From NCBI GenBank assembly GCA_964584335.1, contig CAZOZN010000001.1, forward strand, positions 179,882 to 243,881: DNA of 64,000 bases, in the 5' to 3' direction. The position numbers were made by a program, and so were the translations under genes. Source of the stretch: an uncultured archaeon. GTDB taxonomy: Archaea; Aenigmatarchaeota; Aenigmatarchaeia; PWEA01; JAGHBM01. The notes under the pieces were generated by a model that saw only the letters and a list, made by a program, of their open reading frames with translations, had not been told where the DNA came from and did no database searches. Shown here piece by piece: positions 40,040 to 48,895 of the stretch. How positions within the stretch are numbered: the first letter of the stretch is position 1; each line of letters starts with the position of its first letter.

Positions 40040-40091
40040 AAACCTCTTTAGGAAAAAGGTTTTATCACAAAAAACAAAAGCTTTGGTTTCT

Positions 40092-40640
40092 ATGCTAAAA
40101 GAAAATATTGAAACAAACGACGGCAGAGAGATTCTTGTTAGAGAAGTGAAGTCATCTGATTTTAAGGAGATTGTAAATTTTAACAGAAGGGTAATAAGGC
40201 AGAAGACCGATACAATCTCGAGAAAGAGGAGCCCGGCTATAGAGGAAGAAAAGAAAAGAATTGGTTCTATTTTAAAGGATGTCAGAAGAAAGAGAACTCT
40301 TTTTCTTGTTTGCAAGTTCAATGGAAAAATAATAGGCAGTTCCTTCATGACCCGCAGCAGAAAGGAAAGAAAAAAGCATATTGTTTACTTTGGCATAGCT
40401 ATTGACAGGAATTTTCGTTTTCTCGGAATAGGAAAGAAGGTAATAAAAATTATGATAAAGGAAGTCAAAAAAAGGATGAAGGGAGCCAGGTTGATTCACC
40501 TTGAGGTTTTTTCTTATAACAAGGCGGCAATAAAAATATACAAGTACCTTGGTTTTGAAAAAATCGCCACTTTACCCAAGGCCGTTAAAAATAAAGGAAG
40601 GTATTACGATAGTTATATTATGTACTATTATTTGAGGTGA
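40092..40640 (+). CDS. GNAT-family N-acetyltransferase
   Basis: FGIAI---FR-LGIGK, LEVFSYN-AAIK-YK-LGF; start moved to ATG 40092 because the longer ORF overlaps the tRNA. Confidence 0.88.
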   Translation: MLKENIETNDGREILVREVKSSDFKEIVNFNRRVIRQKTDTISRKRSPAIEEEKKRIGSILKDVRRKRTLFLVCKFNGKIIGSSFMTRSRKERKKHIVYFGIAIDRNFRFLGIGKKVIKIMIKEVKKRMKGARLIHLEVFSYNKAAIKIYKYLGFEKIATLPKAVKNKGRYYDSYIMYYYLR

Positions 40641-41137
40641 TAAGTGTGGGAATTGAGTTAAAAAAAGTTGATGTTGACATACCGGAAGGCTGTAATGTTG
40701 TTATTGGCCAGTCTCATTTTATTAAAACCGTGGAAGATATTCATGAGACAATTGCGGAAGCCGTACCCGGAGCCAAGTTCGGTCTGGCTTTCTGTGAGGC
40801 TTCAGGACCATGCCTGATAAGAAGGAGCGGAACAGACGAAGATATGGAAGAACTTGCTGTCATGAATGCGGAGAAGATGGCTGCAGGACACTCATTCATA
40901 ATTTTTATGAAGGACATGTTTCCGGTAAGCATTTTGAACAGAATTAAAAATGTATCGGAAGTATGCAGAATATTCTGCGCCACTGCAAACCCTCTTCAGG
41001 TTCTTATAGCGGAAACTGAACAAGGACGCGGTATAACGGGTGTTGTTGACGGCTCAAGCCCCAAAGGAATTGAAGTCGAGCAGGATATAAAAGACAGAAA
41101 GGAAATGTTAAGAAAAATAGGTTACAAGGTGAAATGA
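40637..41137 (+). CDS. Adenosine-specific kinase / AMP-binding protein (DUF355, PAE2307 family)
   Basis: N-VIGQSHFIKTVED, FG-AFCEASGPCL, AGHSF, EVCRIFCATANP, QGRG--GVVDG. Confidence 0.88.
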   Translation: MISVGIELKKVDVDIPEGCNVVIGQSHFIKTVEDIHETIAEAVPGAKFGLAFCEASGPCLIRRSGTDEDMEELAVMNAEKMAAGHSFIIFMKDMFPVSILNRIKNVSEVCRIFCATANPLQVLIAETEQGRGITGVVDGSSPKGIEVEQDIKDRKEMLRKIGYKVK

Positions 41138-41625
41138 TGAAAAAAGCTCTAATTGTAATTGATGTACAGAAATATTTTATTGATGAAAATACAAAAGAAA
41201 TTCCTTTAAAAATTGCTGAGTATATAAAAAATGAAAGAGATATGTTTGATTTTGTTATATTTCAAAAATTTGTAAACAATGAAAATACTCCATTCTATAA
41301 ACTATTTAATTGGAAAGACATGATGGGTTCACCGGAAACTGATTTTTGTGATGAAATAGAAGAAATAAATCATAAACTTTTTGAAAGATCTACTCGTTCA
41401 TGTCTAAGAAATGATGAATTTAAAAGATTTTTAGAAGAGAATGAAGTAAATGAAGTTTTTTTGTGCGGTTTTAACACAGACGAATGTGTTATTTCAACAG
41501 CTTTTGATGCTTGTGATTTGGGTTATAGAATAAATGTAATAGAAAGATTATGTGCAACTTATAACGGAAAAGAATATCATGAAGCTGCAATAAAACTTTT
41601 AAGAGAACAATTTGAGGTAATTTAG
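41134..41625 (+). CDS. Isochorismatase-family cysteine hydrolase
   Basis: KALIVIDVQ--F; CGFNTDECV-STA-DA-DLGY. Confidence 0.88.
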   Translation: MMKKALIVIDVQKYFIDENTKEIPLKIAEYIKNERDMFDFVIFQKFVNNENTPFYKLFNWKDMMGSPETDFCDEIEEINHKLFERSTRSCLRNDEFKRFLEENEVNEVFLCGFNTDECVISTAFDACDLGYRINVIERLCATYNGKEYHEAAIKLLREQFEVI

Positions 41626-42261
41626 ATGAAGTGCCTTTTCTGCCAGATTGTAAACGAAATTGTGGAGTCGGAGAGAATCTACGAGGACGGGACAAACCTG
41701 GCTTTTCTTGACGCCAACCCAAGCTCCAAGGGGCATACGGTTGTAATACCTAAGAAACACGTTGAGAATATAATCGAGCTCAGTGAGTACGAGCTGACCA
41801 ATCTCTTCAAGGCCGTACAGAAAGTTACAAAATTGCTTCAGGAGAAACTAAAGCCCGATGGCTTCAACATAGGAATAAATCACGGTCACGTTGCTGGTGC
41901 AAGAATACCTCACGTCCACGTCCACATAATACCAAGATACGAGGGAGATGGCGGAGGAATGATTCAGATGGTTGTGAAAAAACCGCCTGAGAAAGATTTA
42001 AAAGATATAGCATCCATTATTACAGAAGGAATGGAAGTTCCCGACTACATAAAAATGCAGTTAAAGCACACAGAGGGCGAAGAAGAGGAGGAAGAGATAA
42101 TAAAAGAAAAGCCCAAGTCAAAAAAAGAGATAATGTTAGAGGAACAGGAAGCAGAGCTTTTCCCCCGGAAAGAAGAGGAACAGGAAGAGGAGGAGGAAGA
42201 CGAAGAAGAGGAAATGGATATCTACGAGAAAATGCTTAAAAGAATGAGAATTCCAAACTAG
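41626..42261 (+). CDS. HIT-family nucleotide hydrolase with acidic C-terminal extension
   Basis: CLFCQI, AFLD-NP--KGH--VIPKKH, HVHVHIIPR; Glu-rich tail. Confidence 0.9.
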   Translation: MKCLFCQIVNEIVESERIYEDGTNLAFLDANPSSKGHTVVIPKKHVENIIELSEYELTNLFKAVQKVTKLLQEKLKPDGFNIGINHGHVAGARIPHVHVHIIPRYEGDGGGMIQMVVKKPPEKDLKDIASIITEGMEVPDYIKMQLKHTEGEEEEEEIIKEKPKSKKEIMLEEQEAELFPRKEEEQEEEEEDEEEEMDIYEKMLKRMRIPN

Positions 42262-42315
42262 CAAGCAAGGATATATAACCAACAAGGACGCACACAAAGT
42301 ATGCGTCATTCAAAA

Positions 42316-42434
42316 GCGCCGATGGTCCAATGGCTAAGACTCTGGCCTTCCAAGGAAACTTTTAGAAAAAGTTTCATCAAAAGTTTTCCAGAAGACAGCC
42401 AGCTATCTGGGTTCGAGTCCCAGTCGGCGCACCA
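42316..42434 (+). tRNA. tRNA-Gly(TCC) with 44-nt intron at 37/38 (intron 42353-42396)
   Basis: Acceptor GCGCCGA/TCGGCGC-A-CCA; anticodon stem CTGGC/GCCAG; TCC at 42349-51; CTTC/GAAG BHB helix; T arm CTGGG-TTCGAGT-CCCAG. Confidence 0.93.
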
Positions 42435-42457
42435 ACACTCAATTCAAACACTCTTTA

Positions 42458-43735
42458 TTATAATAAATTACTTCTTATTTTATCGAGACTTTTTTTTATA
42501 TTTTCTTTTTTATCGTAGGAAAGAAGAGCATCCCTAATTTCGGGATTTTTATGTTTCCAATCAGGTCTCTCATTAATAAAATCCAATTCTTTTTTTTCTT
42601 CGATATAATCATAAATTTGTGTTCCATAATAGGGTGTAATAAAAGGTGTAAACCTGACAGAGGCATCTCTTTCTACGCATTTAATTGCCATGTCTATGTT
42701 TTTAATTATATCACTCTTTGAATCTCTTGGAGAACATAAAGTAAAAGATACTTTGGGTATGATTTCATTTTCTTTGCATATTTCTATTGATTTAAGAGTT
42801 TGTTCTGGTCTTATACCCTTTCTATAAAAATCCAAGGTAGAAATTGATCCAGATTCACCGCCCATAAAAATATGGCTGAAACCTGCCTTGCTCATTTTTT
42901 TAATTGTTTTTGGGTTTTCAGAAATATCATCTACTCTTGCTTCGACTTCGAATGTGCAGTTTTTATTTAGTCCATTTTTTATGATTAAATCCGACAGTTT
43001 GTCAACTCTCTTTGGATTTTGCATAAAATTTTCATCTGTGAAATTGACATGATTTACTTTGTATTTCTTATTTATGATTTTTAGTTCATCAACTACTTTT
43101 TTTTCATTTCTTTCCCTGTACCTTTTAAAAATAGGTTTAATGCTGCAAAAGTTGCAATTATGACCGCATCCCCTGGAAGTGGAAATGCCTCCTATATCGT
43201 AATCTGAAGGAGGAGCTAAGTGGAAAGCCGGTAAAGGCAAAGAGTCTATATTATCAATTAAATATGAATTATAAATTATTTTTCCTTTTCTCCTTTCTAT
43301 TTTGCCGTTTTTTGAGTATTCTTTATTTCCTGTTAAACTATTAATTATATCCAGGTTAGCGTATTCTCCTTCTCCCCTTACAATAAAATCAACAAAATCT
43401 TCCTTAAGAAATAATTCTGGTTTCGTTGTAGGTGTATTACCTCCCACTATTATTTTAGTCTCTGGGCACTCTTCCTTTACTTTTTCGCATATTTTTTTGC
43501 CGGAATATATAGTAGGGTCTCTTATAGTAACTCCAACTGCCAAAGCAGAATCTAAATCGTTTAATACTTTTTTTTCTTCTGTTAGTTCGAGGTCAAATAT
43601 CTCGACATCATAACCATTATTTTCCAAGACAGATGCTATATAAGTAAGTCCTACAGGAGGATGTGTTACCTTTTCTCCGCCTTCCCAACTTGCCTCTTTG
43701 TACATTTTAGGGCTTATTAGTTTGATTTTTTCCAT
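42458..43735 (-). CDS. Cobalamin-binding radical SAM protein (class B methyltransferase-like)
   Basis: PPVGL-YIASVL, IIVGG--PT, DFIVRGEGE, TSRGC-HNC-FC, F-DENF, EARVD, GGESGS. Confidence 0.9.
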   Translation of the reverse strand: MEKIKLISPKMYKEASWEGGEKVTHPPVGLTYIASVLENNGYDVEIFDLELTEEKKVLNDLDSALAVGVTIRDPTIYSGKKICEKVKEECPETKIIVGGNTPTTKPELFLKEDFVDFIVRGEGEYANLDIINSLTGNKEYSKNGKIERRKGKIIYNSYLIDNIDSLPLPAFHLAPPSDYDIGGISTSRGCGHNCNFCSIKPIFKRYRERNEKKVVDELKIINKKYKVNHVNFTDENFMQNPKRVDKLSDLIIKNGLNKNCTFEVEARVDDISENPKTIKKMSKAGFSHIFMGGESGSISTLDFYRKGIRPEQTLKSIEICKENEIIPKVSFTLCSPRDSKSDIIKNIDMAIKCVERDASVRFTPFITPYYGTQIYDYIEEKKELDFINERPDWKHKNPEIRDALLSYDKKENIKKSLDKIRSNLL

Positions 43736-43818
43736 ATTATTCCTAAAACGTTAAATCATTTAAGTCAGATGTCAAAATCTTTATATATTTATAAAACTAT
43801 TAAGGAATTGGTGAAAAA

Positions 43819-43932
43819 ATGGGTTTAAAGTTATTGAATGAAAAAAAATCATTTGAAAAAGGAAAAGAAAAAATAGATTTTTTGCTCCACAACAAAAAAT
43901 CTTGGATAAACAGTTATATGTGCAGTGCTTAA
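43819..43932 (+). CDS. 37-aa candidate RiPP precursor MGLKLLNEKKSFEKGKEKIDFLLHNKKSWINSYMCSA
   Basis: Not in ORF track; GGTGA RBS just upstream of ATG, TATA-rich region upstream; first gene of the amidohydrolase/SPASM unit; charged leader-like N-terminus, W/Y/C-containing C-terminus. Confidence 0.7.
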   Translation: MGLKLLNEKKSFEKGKEKIDFLLHNKKSWINSYMCSA

Positions 43933-43970
43933 ATTTAGCTGTTTAAATAATTTAGTTTTTTAATAAGTTT

Positions 43971-44837
43971 ATGATTGTTGATTCTCATTCACATGTGGGC
44001 AGCGATATTTTTACTAAGAGAACTCCTGAATTTAGAAATATAGTTCCCTACGAGCAAAGTTTTAAACAATTATTATCAAAAATTAGTAATTCTCCTGTAG
44101 ATAAAGCAATTGTATATCCCTTTCCCTCTCCTCTTGGTCAGTTTGGAGAGGATGATTTTTGGTTCAAGAAAGAAAACTGTACATTGTTTGATAATGTTAA
44201 AAAAGAAAAAAATATTTATTTTTTCCCTACTTTCAATCCTAATGACAAAAAAAGTGTTGATTATGCAGTTAAGCTGGTTGAAGATAATAAATTAAAAGGA
44301 TTAAAACTTCATACAAGGTCAACACAGTTTGAACCGAGTAAAATGAATGAAAATATTCTAAAAGTTTTAAGAGAGAATGACATACCATTGGTTATTCATA
44401 CGGGAACAGGTAAAGAAGAAGAACTTACAGAAAAAGGTATGGATATTTCAATCAACTCTTTGTATAATTTGGCTTTTGATAATTCTGATGTGCGTTTTGT
44501 TTTTGCCCATCTTGGAAGATTACATAAAAATCTGGAAAAATCATTGGACCTTGATAACGTGGTTACAGATACTGCTGGAATGTCTTTATATAAAAAACAT
44601 AAGGATTTCGTTCTGGCAAAGGAATACAATCAGGAGTTTTTTGACAAGGATATAAAAGAAATAATTTCATACCTTGTTGAAGAGGGATACGAGGATAAGA
44701 TACTTTGGGGTAGCGATCAACCCTTTTCAATGGGTTATAATGAAGAAATATCTTACGTGAGAGATAACCCGAATATAAACAGAAACGCAAAGGAAAAAAT
44801 ACTTTACAAGAATTCTGTTAAATGGTTTAAAATATGA
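43971..44837 (+). CDS. Amidohydrolase-family metallohydrolase (Amidohydro_2-like)
   Basis: DSHSHVG, GLKLH, IHTG, AHLG, WGSD-PF. Confidence 0.88.
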   Translation: MIVDSHSHVGSDIFTKRTPEFRNIVPYEQSFKQLLSKISNSPVDKAIVYPFPSPLGQFGEDDFWFKKENCTLFDNVKKEKNIYFFPTFNPNDKKSVDYAVKLVEDNKLKGLKLHTRSTQFEPSKMNENILKVLRENDIPLVIHTGTGKEEELTEKGMDISINSLYNLAFDNSDVRFVFAHLGRLHKNLEKSLDLDNVVTDTAGMSLYKKHKDFVLAKEYNQEFFDKDIKEIISYLVEEGYEDKILWGSDQPFSMGYNEEISYVRDNPNINRNAKEKILYKNSVKWFKI

Positions 44838-44849
44838 ATTTATTTAAAG

Positions 44850-45968
44850 GTGGCATACTATTCTATTCTCATGATTGAAAGCAGATTGGAGGATAATTTA
44901 ATAGTATCTGTAAATCCAACAGAGGATTGTAATCTTTCTTGTAAATATTGTAGAGTGCCGAAAGACGTTAAGACTAATGTTATGTCAAAAGAAACTTTGA
45001 AAAATCTTTATAATGAAATTTCTAAAGAAAAAATAAAGAACAAGTATATAATATGGCACGGGGGCGAACCGACTTTAGTTGGAGAAGAATTTTATTCCCT
45101 TGTCGCTGATTTGCAGAAAGATATTGATAATATAAGGAATGGTATTCAAACCAATGGCACTCTTTTGACAGAGGGTTTAATAGAAATATTCAAAAATAAT
45201 GAATTTAGAATTGGAATAAGCCTTGACGGACCGAAGGAAATTCATGATTCAAAAAGAATTTACAAGGATGGTTCAGGTTCATTTGAAAAAGTCATGAATG
45301 GTATAAGGCTTTTAAGAGAATATGGTGCTGATTTTGCTGTTTTGAGCCTTTTAACCAATGACAGCATAGCTCATTTAAAAGAAATATATGATACCGTAAG
45401 AAAAACGGGCGCAAACGGTGCTAAATTTGAAGTTTTTTTCCCAGGCGGAAAAGGCAAGAAATACAGGGATAAATTTTATGTTAAACCTGAAGATTATACA
45501 AAGTCTATGATAAAACTTTATGATATGTGGATTCATGAGGATAATAGGAAAGATTTCAGGGTAGACCCGCTAGATAAGATTGTTGAAAGTTTCTTCAGTG
45601 GTCATAGCAGAGCATGTGATTATGCCGGAGCTTGTGGTACCAATTTCCTTTCAATTGATTCAAATGGTGATATATATGTTTGCGGTAGATTCGTCGGTGT
45701 TAAAGAATTTAGGATAGGTAATATAAACAAAAATACTTTGAGGGAAGCATTAGATCATGAAGTTTGCCAAGAAATGGTTAAAAGAAGAATTGAGGCAAGA
45801 AAAAGATGTATCGATAATAATTGCAAATACGTTGATGTTTGTAACGGTGGTTGTGCTTACGAGTCTTTTACGTTCCATAATGATTTATGCCATATAACTC
45901 CTTATTGTAATTCAAGGAAAGAAATTTTTGATTACATTTACAATGATTTGAAAAATCAAGGTTTTTAA
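44850..45968 (+). CDS. Radical SAM/SPASM-domain protein (anSME-like, probable peptide maturase)
   Basis: PT-DCNLSCKYC, WHGGEPTL, QTNGTL, SLDGP--HD--R, C-----CG...GD-Y-CG, C----C---CNGGC...YC; may start at ATG 44871. Confidence 0.92.
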   Translation: MAYYSILMIESRLEDNLIVSVNPTEDCNLSCKYCRVPKDVKTNVMSKETLKNLYNEISKEKIKNKYIIWHGGEPTLVGEEFYSLVADLQKDIDNIRNGIQTNGTLLTEGLIEIFKNNEFRIGISLDGPKEIHDSKRIYKDGSGSFEKVMNGIRLLREYGADFAVLSLLTNDSIAHLKEIYDTVRKTGANGAKFEVFFPGGKGKKYRDKFYVKPEDYTKSMIKLYDMWIHEDNRKDFRVDPLDKIVESFFSGHSRACDYAGACGTNFLSIDSNGDIYVCGRFVGVKEFRIGNINKNTLREALDHEVCQEMVKRRIEARKRCIDNNCKYVDVCNGGCAYESFTFHNDLCHITPYCNSRKEIFDYIYNDLKNQGF

Positions 45969-46061
45969 TATTGAATTTTCAATCAAATCCTCTTAGAAAT
46001 TTGTGCTTCCTGAAGCTGTTGAATATGCAAAAAGAAGCTCGGAGAAATAAAGGGTAAGTAA

Positions 46062-46802
46062 ATGAAAAAAGAAAAAGTTAATTTCAGTAATTCGAGAGGA
46101 TTAAATATTGTCGGTGTTTTTCATTTTCCTGATAATAAAACTAATAAAGTTATTGTAATTTCTCATGGTTTTACATCAAATAAAGATAGAATCAGAACTG
46201 TACGTACAGCAGAAAAATTATCGGAAGAAGGTTTCGCTGCCTTGAGGTTTGATTCTTGCGGTTCAGGGGAAAGCGATTTTGATTCCGTAACAGTTAAAAA
46301 ATATTTGGACGATTTGGAATCTGCAATCGATTTTGTAAAGAGTAGGGGTTACAGGAAAATAGGTCTTGTTGGTGAGAGTCTTGGCGGTCTTACTTCCATT
46401 CTTGCCTACAATAAAGAAATAAAATTTATGGTTTTGGAAGCTCCCGTTACTAAGGCTAAGAAGCCTGGTTTTGTTGAAGATAAGGCCATGGAAAGACAAA
46501 TCAGAGATAGTGGGTTTGCTTTGTACAAAAAAGACGGTAGAGATTTTAAGATAGAAGGCAAATATCTCAAAGAAAGAGAAAATGTTAATCAAAAAGAAAT
46601 ACTTTCAAGAATAGAATGTCCGGTTCTTATAATACACGGTGATAAAGATAAAACAATCCCTTTGGAACACTCCAAGGAAGCATTGAACTATATACAAAAA
46701 TCAAGACTTGAAATAGTAAAAGGCGCTGACCATAAATTTAGCGGCTATGAAAAAGAACTTGTTGATATTTGTTCTAAGTGGGTAAAAGAAAATTTCAATT
46801 AA
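46062..46802 (+). CDS. Alpha/beta hydrolase (S9/S33-like)
   Basis: HGFTSNK, RFD--G-GES, GESLGG nucleophile elbow, PVLIIHG--D--IP, GADH. Confidence 0.88.
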   Translation: MKKEKVNFSNSRGLNIVGVFHFPDNKTNKVIVISHGFTSNKDRIRTVRTAEKLSEEGFAALRFDSCGSGESDFDSVTVKKYLDDLESAIDFVKSRGYRKIGLVGESLGGLTSILAYNKEIKFMVLEAPVTKAKKPGFVEDKAMERQIRDSGFALYKKDGRDFKIEGKYLKERENVNQKEILSRIECPVLIIHGDKDKTIPLEHSKEALNYIQKSRLEIVKGADHKFSGYEKELVDICSKWVKENFN

Positions 46803-46991
46803 AATATTGAAGATTGTTTATAAAAACCTGAGATTATGGATTTTAGCCCCTTTCTGCATCCACAAGTTACGCAATTTTTAGGAGACGGTAACGCAGTGAA
46901 CACAGAAAGGTTTGACCATCTTTCTTCTTTTAACAATAATAAAATTTGTTACATTTCCCTTTTAAAAAGAATTATCAGTATTCTATGTGAA

Positions 46992-47606
46992 TCAGAACTT
47001 TATATCATCGTTTTTTTCGTGGACAAAATCCAGAAGGCTTTCTATTGAGAAGGAGTCGAACTCCATTTGTTTCATGTAAGAATCATTTATTTTTTTCAAT
47101 TTACCGTCGTTTAATAGATTTTTCAAGCCCAGTTCGTTTTCCATAAAATCCCTTATTTCATTTTCCGCTTTGTCTGCATCTCTTTTGTCCTCAACAGTAG
47201 TTTCGACTTCTATCAAGGGCAGTACGGGCAGGTCGTGCACTATCTTGTTTAGCAAGATTTCAAATTTGCCGTGTTTGTAGGTGTATTTTACCCTCGGTAT
47301 AATCATTTTTATCTCGAATCCTGATTTCAATAGCAAGTTGTATATCCCTTCCGGGTTGGTTATGTCTGATTCTATTTCTTTTTTTGCGCTATCCGGCAAG
47401 GTTTCCTTAAAGCTCAGAAACTTCCTGTTCTTTCTTAGCTTCAGTCTGAGATCAAAATTGTCTTTGTTTGGGTTAAAGAAGAATATTGTAACTTCTCTTT
47501 GGTTAAGTTTTACAGGTTCAAAAGAAGAATCTAGCTTTCCCTTAAAAGAATCAAAATCTTTTACAAGTGTTCTTACTTCAACTTCGTACATATATGGTAT
47601 TTGCAT
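46992..47606 (-). CDS. CYTH-domain protein (class IV adenylyl cyclase/triphosphate tunnel fold), divergent
   Basis: EVEVR, LRLK, LSFK, KKEIE, GF------VK-TY, IEVE. Confidence 0.7.
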   Translation of the reverse strand: MQIPYMYEVEVRTLVKDFDSFKGKLDSSFEPVKLNQREVTIFFFNPNKDNFDLRLKLRKNRKFLSFKETLPDSAKKEIESDITNPEGIYNLLLKSGFEIKMIIPRVKYTYKHGKFEILLNKIVHDLPVLPLIEVETTVEDKRDADKAENEIRDFMENELGLKNLLNDGKLKKINDSYMKQMEFDSFSIESLLDFVHEKNDDIKF

Positions 47607-47639
47607 GCAAAAGATATAAAATATTGTGCATTTGCTGAC

Positions 47640-47855
47640 TCAGCAACCTGTAAAGTAGTCTGTTTTTCCGGTCTCGTCTTCCACAAAAACACCGTCCGAA
47701 GGGCATTCATATTTTATTTTGTTCAGGCTTACCATGCTGTAAGGTATTCCGTTGTAACCGGTCTCAAGCCTGAATCCGCTATCAATTATCTTTGCATTTA
47801 CCTCTTCCCCACATCTGGGACAAACTCTTGTTCCATTATTACCTCTACTAACCAT
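47640..47855 (-). CDS. Small zinc-ribbon-like protein
   Basis: CPRC...CPSD; GAGGTGA RBS. Confidence 0.65.
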   Translation of the reverse strand: MVSRGNNGTRVCPRCGEEVNAKIIDSGFRLETGYNGIPYSMVSLNKIKYECPSDGVFVEDETGKTDYFTGC

Positions 47856-47905
47856 CTAATCACCTCTAAATAAGTTTAATTTGTTTGCGGTTTTTTCTAA
47901 ACCGT

Positions 47906-48031
47906 TTAATCCTTGGGGTAAGGCTTTAACCAAATAAAGTCATAGTAAACTGTGGTTCCTCCCGGACCCACGTTGTGTTTTTCTAGGATATAATCCCTGT
48001 CTTTAATCCCCACATAATTGTTTTTCTCCAT
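47906..48031 (-). CDS. 41-aa small protein MEKNNYVGIKDRDYILEKHNVGPGGTTVYYDFIWLKPYPKD
   Basis: Not in ORF track; GGTGA RBS before ATG; co-oriented with next gene. Confidence 0.55.
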   Translation of the reverse strand: MEKNNYVGIKDRDYILEKHNVGPGGTTVYYDFIWLKPYPKD

Positions 48032-48424
48032 ATCTTTCACCAAGTAATAATACTGTAAGGATTGCATATATTTCGAACGTTCATTTTGACGAATATATTA
48101 CGTAATTTTACTGGAAAAAACATCTTAAACCGGAAATTTGTTTAAAATAGTTTTTTCGTAATATATCCGGTTTATAAATTATTTTATGTATAAAATACGG
48201 TATTTATGCTAATTATTAGTGATTTATTTTAAATTGACCCTTGTGTATTGTTATATTGGTGGTAAAGTGACCAAAAAATTAAACAAAATAAAGCCAAGAA
48301 GTGTTTTAGCTTTTGGTTGTCCAATTAGAGAAGAAAATACAAAATATCTTGTTGTTTTTTGCCACTATTGCGGATTAAGAAAAGGAATTTTAAGGGAATT
48401 TGAAAAATTTTGGAGGTCTTTAGA

Positions 48425-48895
48425 ATGATACTAAAAAAATTTTTGAAGTCTGCCGGAAGAAAGCTGATTTACTTCAACCCAAACATAGATATAGAAAGGA
48501 CCGGATGGTATGGTTTGTATAAATTTCTTTATGATGAAGATGACCAGGAAGAAGAAGGTTTTTTTGAAAAATATGGTCATTATCTAACATTTCCCATGGG
48601 ACCTACCAGAACTCCATGGGAGGCTTATATTGAAAAAAATAAGGAGGTGGTGCAGATGAGAAAAATAGAAGGAGATATACCGGGAGGAGTTGAATGCTTC
48701 TTTCCTGAAGATGAGAAATTTTATGTGTGTGCTGAAATATACGGAAAGAGACACAAAGAGGTACCCGAAGCCAGGGGAGAGATTTACAAAACAGAGGATA
48801 ATATTAAAAAGCAGCAGGAGATTCATGAATACAAATCTCATGACTTGCACAAGTACGGAATTCCAAAAGGCGTTACAGTTCATGGCCTAAAGTGA
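48425..48895 (+). CDS. Hypothetical protein
   Basis: GGAGG RBS before ATG 48425; no recognised motif. Confidence 0.65.
   Translation: MILKKFLKSAGRKLIYFNPNIDIERTGWYGLYKFLYDEDDQEEEGFFEKYGHYLTFPMGPTRTPWEAYIEKNKEVVQMRKIEGDIPGGVECFFPEDEKFYVCAEIYGKRHKEVPEARGEIYKTEDNIKKQQEIHEYKSHDLHKYGIPKGVTVHGLK

Noticed and set aside
39923-40091. ORF-track extension of the GNAT (39954) and antisense ORF 39923-40348
   Set aside because: They overlap the tRNA-Trp intron and 3' exon; ATG 40092 is the sensible GNAT start.
42301-42537. 78-aa ORF MRHSKAPMVQWLRL...
   Set aside because: It is a translation of the tRNA-Gly gene.
46800-46940. Minus-strand ~45-aa ORF with CVTC motif
   Set aside because: No RBS or convincing start and only a single CxxC; insufficient support.
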